Part shown: positions 57,490 through 64,000 of the stretch, one piece after another
How the letters are laid out: the number at the start of each line of letters is the position of its first letter
Position numbering within the stretch: the stretch's first letter is position 1
From: the human T2T-CHM13v2.0 reference genome, Homo sapiens
Reading direction: 5' to 3' (one strand)
DNA length: 64,000 bases
Assembly: GCF_009914755.1 (NCBI RefSeq)
Contig: NC_060926.1
Program-made: the position numbers and the translations under genes
The notes under the pieces: model-generated
Seen by the model: the letters and a program-made list of their open reading frames with translations, nothing else
Database searches by the model: none
Told to the model about the DNA's origin: nothing

Positions 57490-58715
57490 AGAAAGTCACA
57501 CGAGCTCATTGCATCCACCCTAGGTAATGAGAAAAAGCTGGCTAAAGATAAGTCATTAAATGTTTTTCAGCTCATTAGAGAGCTGAGGTCTCAAATCAAC
57601 CGGGTTTACTAAATTCCAGGGGGTGAGAAGCCCCTGAGATAAGATAGAGCACAGAACTATCAGCACTTTGCCAAAAAAACATGTAAGAAAAAATTTTAAT
57701 GAATTCTTAAGGGCCAAGTGTGCCTCTAGTATCTCCATTTAGAATCTCTAGAAACCCCAGACCCAAGAGGAACCCATGCTAACTTGCCAGCCCTTTTGTA
57801 TGAGCCGCCACCAGGTACTCATGAAGATTAGGGGTGAGATAGGAAACCTGAGAGAGCTTTTCCCTCCATGGTGCACAGGCATGGACCCTACTTACTTTCC
57901 AGATACTACTTTCATATGAATCAAAAGCCATACACTTTAGAGGGAGACTGAAGGGAAGGAAACTCTCTCATCCCCTGTCCTAGGCTAAGAGCTACAATCT
58001 CTGGGCTAGGAGTAAAAGTAAAAGCTAACTGCTGCTGGGGGAGGAGAAGGAAACCTACTTGTGTTTGGGGGTGTTACAATGTATGTAGAGTAAAATGTAT
58101 AACAACAATAGCACAGAGGACGAGAGTGAGGACGTGGAAGTGTGCTGTTGTAAGGTTTTGTCAGTGTACTTGAAGAGGTATTATATTGAAGGTAGACTGT
58201 GTATTATAAACACTAGAGCAATCACCAAAAAGTAGAACAAAGAGGTGTAATTATTAAGCCAGTAGTAGAGATAAATAATTATTAAAACACTCTGTTAATC
58301 CAAAAAAGGCGGGAAGAGAGAAAAAGAACAAAGAACAGATAGGACAAATTGTCAGGTGGTCGATTTAGTCCAACCATATTTATATCAAATGCAAATATCT
58401 AAATATTCCAAATAAAAAACAGAGGTGGTAAGATTGGAAAAAAAAGCAAGACTGATCGTATGCTGACTACAAAAAACCTACTTTAAATATAAAAACATAC
58501 ATGAAAAATGCCATGCAAGTAATAATAAAAGAGTGGCTATATGAGACAAAGTAGACTTCAGAACAAGGGGGACGTTACATATGTTAAAGGGGTCAATACA
58601 TTAAGAAGACATAACAATCCTAAATATCTATGTACCCAATAAAAAGCTTCAAAAAACATAAAACAAATACTGATGGAATGAGAAGGACTAGACAAATACA
58701 TAATTATAGCAGGAA
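57490..58715 (+). mobile_element. Old L1M 5'/ORF2-start fragments
   Basis: agacaaagtagacttcagaacaag...aagaagacataacaatcctaaatatctatgtacccaat is a decayed endonuclease region. Confidence 0.65.
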
Positions 58716-60129
58716 ACAAGAACCCAAAAGACATAATTTTTAATTACTAAAGGAAGATCATACAAAGGATATTTTTCAACAGTGAGTGGCTTTGTAATAC
58801 ACTTAATTTTAGAAAAAATTGTGTAATCATTAACCGAGTGTTTGCTTTGAACAACATACAAAAGAGGATTCAGAAGTAAGGTTATAGAGGTAACACCTTA
58901 GATGAAATTAATTCACTATATTATTAAAAAGCAAGCTTTCCAATAATGCTGTTGAAGCCATATGTACCCTAGGTGCTAGATCAGCAATTTGGTAATAATG
59001 AAAAAAAAGACTATAAAAATACAGTGGAATCTTAATATTCTGAATGAGATGGGTAGTGACTACAAGCATCTTTTATACCACATAGAGATTAGCTGATTAT
59101 CTTGTGGCAGAATGCTTAAAAACAAGAAATTTCCTTTTATAAAGAGAAGGGCTATGAATATGCTGCCCATTTATCAGTGATGACAAGTGACCCTTAGAAG
59201 TGTGCTTTCTAAAAGCAATTTTTAAAACAATAAACACAGGTATTTTGTTCTTCTGAGGTAATGGTGATCCTCTAGCAATGAGGGAGAAAATAGTTGCTTT
59301 GCGATGACGGGAACTTGTGCTATGGAGACAGAATTGAGGATGAGTATTTGGTAATGTAGTCATATAATTTTATAGTAAAAAGTGCAGTGGGCCTCCTAAA
59401 AAAAATGCCCAGATCTGCCTTCTTAAAAAACTTAGGAACATGCTTTTCTCAGTATTTACAAATCTTTAAATGAAGAGTTTCAGTGAGTTTTGAACCTTGT
59501 TAATGTAAAAATGTGACACCTTCCAATTAGTTTGTGGAACAATTGGCGTCAGGAATATATAAATTCACCAGCTGCATTTCAACAAAAGCCTTTGTATAAT
59601 TGGTGTCAGTTTGAACACTGAATATCACAATTCGCTTCTCCCATTTGGATGTACTGCAGGTGTCTTTGGGAAGTATCTTTTCCAGCAATAATAGCCAATC
59701 AATACAAGTATTGAAAAAAGCCCACTTTAGAACAAATCTTGGAAATGCTGCATCAAAATGAATTAAACAAGATTTCAAACTGTAATAAAGCATACCCAAG
59801 CACATTTCTCATTAAAAATATTAATAGAATTTTTTAGTGAAAGCCCAAATAATGTAGCTTAGTAAAAAAAATTAAAGCCTGGTTCAACTTATTAGAAGTG
59901 TGGTAACTCATCACTTCTTTCACACACAGCATTCTCCCTCCCCTACCCCAGCCTGGTTTTCAGCATAGGACGATTTTCCTAAAGGAACTCTTGAGTGGTG
60001 AAGACAACTGTTCAAATGGAGTTCCCCTAACCCAAGCAGGGCACACCCACACCCAAGGCCCTTCGACCCTCCTCTCTCCCCATCCCTTAAATTTAGAGGA
60101 ATGGTTGGAAATGAATTAAGGATGCTGGT

Positions 60130-60512
60130 TATATTAGTCTGTTCTTGCATTGCTATAAAGCACTGCCTGAGACTAGATAATTTATAAGAAAAGAGGTTTA
60201 ATTGACTCACAGTTCTACAGGCTGTACAGGAAGCATGGCTGGGGAGGCCTCAGGAAACTTAAAATCACGGAGGAAAGCGAAGGGGAAGCAGACACATCTT
60301 TACCCAGCAAAGCAGGCTACAGAGCGTGAAGGGGGACGTGCTACACGCTTTTAAACCACCAGATCCCGCGAGAACTCACTCACTGTCACCAGAACAGCAA
60401 GGAGGAAGTCCGTCCCCATGATCCAATCACCTCCCACGAGGCCTCTCCTCCAGCAATGAGGATTACAATTTGACATGAGATTTGGGTGGGAACACAGAGC
60501 CGAACCATATCA
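60130..60512 (-). mobile_element. MSTA/THE1-type MaLR solo LTR
   Basis: tatattagtctgttcttgcattgctataaag...gaaccatatca. Perfect TSD ctggt. Confidence 0.92.
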
Positions 60513-60594
60513 CTGGTCATTGTGGTGTCTCTAAAAGGCCAGGAACCAGTTTGAGGACCACCCACTGGGAGGAGAGCTCTGAACCAACACCTGT

Positions 60595-60800
60595 GAATAA
60601 CGATTGTAGCCTTTGCCCATGCTGTACACATGCGTAGTGCTTTCCCACACCTGGGTCCTTTCAACCTCGTTAACCTAGGCAATAATTATTATTTTCGTCT
60701 TACAGCTGAGGAAACGGAGGCTCAAATGCTCGTCAGTTTCCCAGGGACGTGGGCTGGTAAGTAGCAAAGCTTGGAGTTGGACCCAGTTGATCCAACCTCT
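60595..60800 (-). mobile_element. MIR fragment
   Basis: ttacagctgaggaaacggaggctca core. Confidence 0.7.
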
Positions 60801-61196
60801 ACTTATTTTTGAGGGGTAAGAGATATGTGTAAAGGGGGTGATAGATTTCATATGTGTATGGGCCCCTTAGGGGGCCTGTGTGAAGAGCCCAGGGAAGGCT
60901 AAGGTGGGTGGCTAGACCAGTTCTGCTAAGGAGAGCCAGAGTTTCAAAGAAAGGGAAATGTTTTAGATGCCTCTAAAACATGTTCCTAAATTCAGCCGCC
61001 CATCAGCATCATCCAGAGAGGTTAAACGAAAAACAAACAAACAAACAAAGGCTAATTCCTGGGCTCCTCCTCAAACCCTATCAAATTAGTATTGTGAAGA
61101 AAACAGAATCCACCTGAATTTTTTCCAACAGCTTTCCTGAAGCCAGATGGAGACTGCTAGAGGGCTGGTGGGATAGGTCTGGGAGCTAGGGACAGC

Positions 61197-61863
61197 TCTA
61201 GGTGGTATCTTTGCACCTCTATCCCCTAGGGTAGGGGGATGTGAGGCCTTCAGGATGGAAGGCAAGGATTCTGCCTGCTACTCTGGGCACCTAGCTGGGT
61301 GTCTTTGCACCTCTGTTTCCTAGGGAAGCAGGGTTTGAGGCCTTCTGGAGGGAGGGAAGCGTTCTCTGCCTGCTACTCTGGGCACCTAGCAGGGTGTCTT
61401 TGCACCTCTATCTCCTAGGGAAGGGGGGTTTGAAGCCTTCTGGATGGAAGGGAAGGGTTCTGCCTACTACTCTGGGCACCTAACTGGGTGGTCTTTGCAC
61501 CTCTATCCACTGGGGAAGGGGGTTTGAGGCCTTCTGGATGGAAGGCAAGGGTTCTGCCAGCTACTCTGGGCACCTAGCTGGGTGTCTTTGCACCTCTATT
61601 CCTATGGAAGGGGGGTTGAGGCCTTCTGGATGGAAGGCAAGGGTTCTGCCAGCTACTCTGGGCACCTAGCTGGGTGTCTTTGCACCTCTATACCCTAGGG
61701 AAGGGGGGTTTGAGGCCTTCTGGATGGAAGGGAAGGGTTCTGCCTACTACTCTGGGCACCTAGCTGGGTGGTCTTTGCACCTCTATCCACTGGGGAAAGG
61801 GGGTTTGAGGCATTCTGGATGGAAGGCAAAGGTTCTGCTTGCTACTCTGGGCACCTAGCTGGG
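61197..61863. repeat. Minisatellite, 92-95-bp unit, 7 copies
   Basis: tgcacctct recurs at 61212, 61306, 61401, 61496, 61589, 61681, 61776. Confidence 0.97.
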
Positions 61864-62799
61864 TCCAGAGAGCAGGGTGGCATTGACAGAGCAAGAGCCT
61901 CCCAGTGATATGATCTGAGCCACACCGTCTTGTTTACTGCCATCTGCCTGAAGACTGTGCTTAAGGAACAATTTCTTTGTCAAAACACACGACAGAGAGC
62001 CTGCTTTGGCCCCAGGCTTCTGTTTCATAACTCTTTTTTATTGGAGCAGAAAGAAGCAGCACATTATTGTTCTCTTGCTCCGCGTTTTCTCATGGATCAA
62101 GAAAGCAACAAGCACTTTGTGCAAATAGAAAAGCCTGCTTTGTTGTCTGAAGACAAGGAGGTGAGGTTGTAAGAAGCAGAGCTTTCACAGATCATAAAAG
62201 GGACACTCCACACAAAGCAGGCTTGAGGCTGACTGGCAGGAGGGCCTGGGAATGAGTGCAAATAAATCATTTGCACTTATTCACTGGCTTCATCAAGGTT
62301 TTACATGTTTCACTAGTAAAAGCAATCTTGGCAGGTGTGTGTCAAAGGCTCTCTGGCAGAGCTGTTTCTCCTAGAAGGATCATTCTAGGCTGATGTTATG
62401 CAATAATGGTGTTTCTGAAAAATAGAGTCAGTTGATCATGTTGTTGAGGGCACTGTTTTAAGAAACCTTGGTACTCAGAATATGATAATTAGCAGTAAGC
62501 TTTCCTGTATGTCACCTGCTCCTCCGTGTGACCTCTGAGGAGACAAGGTACTGTTGCTATCCTCAGTCATAGACGATGCAACCACGGCTCAGGGACCATG
62601 AGCTCCCTTCCCTCAGCTCACACAGAAGACCCAGGTTCAATTCCTGATGTGTGTGTGTTCATTTTCCTTTATTCTGGTGATGTCATAAATCATTCCGTAA
62701 TGTAAGTATCTCCCTTCAAACGTTGGAAGTTTTGAAGGTTGGATTTTCCTCAAGCAGAGTGCAAAAGTCAGTTCTTCTGATAAGAAGTCAATTCAGGAG

Positions 62800-63102
62800 A
62801 AGGATACCCCATTCTCTGTGATTATTACACATTGCATGTCTGTATCAAAGCATCGTATGTGGGGAGGGCGGGGGACGGTGGGAAGAGCATTAGGGAAAAG
62901 AGCTAATGCATGCTGGGCTTAACACCTAGGTGATGGGTTGATAGGTACAGCAAACCACCGTGGCACACATTTACCTATGTAACAAACCTGCACATCCTGC
63001 ACATGTACCCTGGAACTTAAAAAATAATAAACACAAAAAACTCATGCATCCCATAAATATATACACTTAACATGCAGCCACAAAAAATTAAAAAAAATTT
63101 AA
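62800..63102 (+). mobile_element. L1MA 3' tip interrupted by an L1PA 3' tip (62860-63040)
   Basis: gattattacacattgcatgtctgtatcaa ... cccataaatatatacac flanks gctaatgcatgctgggcttaa...aacctgcacatcctgcacatgtaccc. Confidence 0.82.
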
Positions 63103-63278
63103 AAGCCAATTTAACTGATAAGTTGCCACAACCTAATAAGATGTGTACGTGACTTTGAGAAACATCCCTCATTAAAAGAGTTAACTTTTTTTCCAACATT
63201 ATAAAAGGGAATAAACAATGAGAAATTTTCTTGTAAGCTACATGTCTTCTCTCCCCACCTTTAGATAAATGCTTTTTC

Positions 63279-63475
63279 TAGAACAGTGATTCTCAAATTT
63301 TTAGTGAACATTGGAACCACCTGGAGGGCTTGTTAAAACAGATTGCTGGGCCCCACCCCTAGGGATTCTGATTCAGCAGGTCTAGGGTGGAGCTGGAAAA
63401 TTTGCATTTCTAATAAGTTTCCAGGTGATGCTGATGTTGCTGGTATAGGAACCTCACTTAAGAAGCACAGTTTAG
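63279..63475. mobile_element. MER5A
   Basis: cagtgattctcaaa...cacctggagggcttgttaaaacagattgctgggccccacc...caggtgatgctgatg. Confidence 0.9.
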
Positions 63476-63654
63476 TGTTCTTCGTGTACCTACAGAGACT
63501 TGTATATCTCTGTATCTCTACACGTATACACAACAGATTATTAAAAATGAACCCATTCTTTACTAATAATTTTGAAATTTGTTTTCATTTAACAAAATAT
63601 CCTAGCTAACATTTCTTTGCTGATTTCCTACATCATATCCTAGATTAGGGATTT

Positions 63655-64000
63655 CTATCATTCTTTTTAATGGCTGCATAGAATTCCATTGTATTTTTGC
63701 ACCATTTATTTAACCAGTCTCTATTGTTGGAAGTTTAGATTTTTTCCATTTTTTTCCCCATTACAAACAATGCTGCAACCCTTTTGCTTATATCTTACAC
63801 GCTTGTGCTAATATTTCTGAAGGATAAATTCATAAAAGTGGAATAGATGGGTGATAATGTCTACATGGGTGATAATGTCTACATGTCTACATGTAAAATG
63901 TATAATGTATACATGTATACATGTAAAATTGTATAGAACTATCAAGTTCTCCCTCCCCCCATAAAGTTTGTTCCAATATTCCTACCAATAGTTTGAAAAA
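63655..64000 (-). mobile_element. Old L1M 3' fragment
   Basis: ttctttttaatggctgcatagaattccattgta...ttacaaacaatgctgca. Confidence 0.75.

Noticed and set aside
61197-61863. Regularly spaced repeats as a CRISPR-like or ncRNA array
   Set aside because: The whole unit is repeated; the variable part is only point and indel variation, not unique spacers.

Overview
Primate (very likely human or great-ape) non-coding genomic DNA, intergenic or deep intronic. It is densely populated by Alu, L1, L2, MIR, ERV/MaLR LTRs and hAT-derived MER elements, plus two minisatellites (28-bp and ~94-bp units). I see no protein-coding gene, RNA gene, CRISPR array or prokaryotic system. The recognisable ORFs are decayed L1 ORF1/ORF2 pieces or Alu read-through. 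I cannot support a new biological system. The most unusual signal is a cluster of local templated duplications: three of 140-263 bp copied from 0.2-1.2 kb away with junction microhomologies (two inverted), several micro-scale template-switch scars, and a 30-bp-arm hairpin. Also notable are a triple LTR nest and an LTR joined by deletion to a 333-codon open L1 reverse-transcriptase frame. Repeat subfamily names come from recalled consensus sequences, and boundaries of old elements are approximate.
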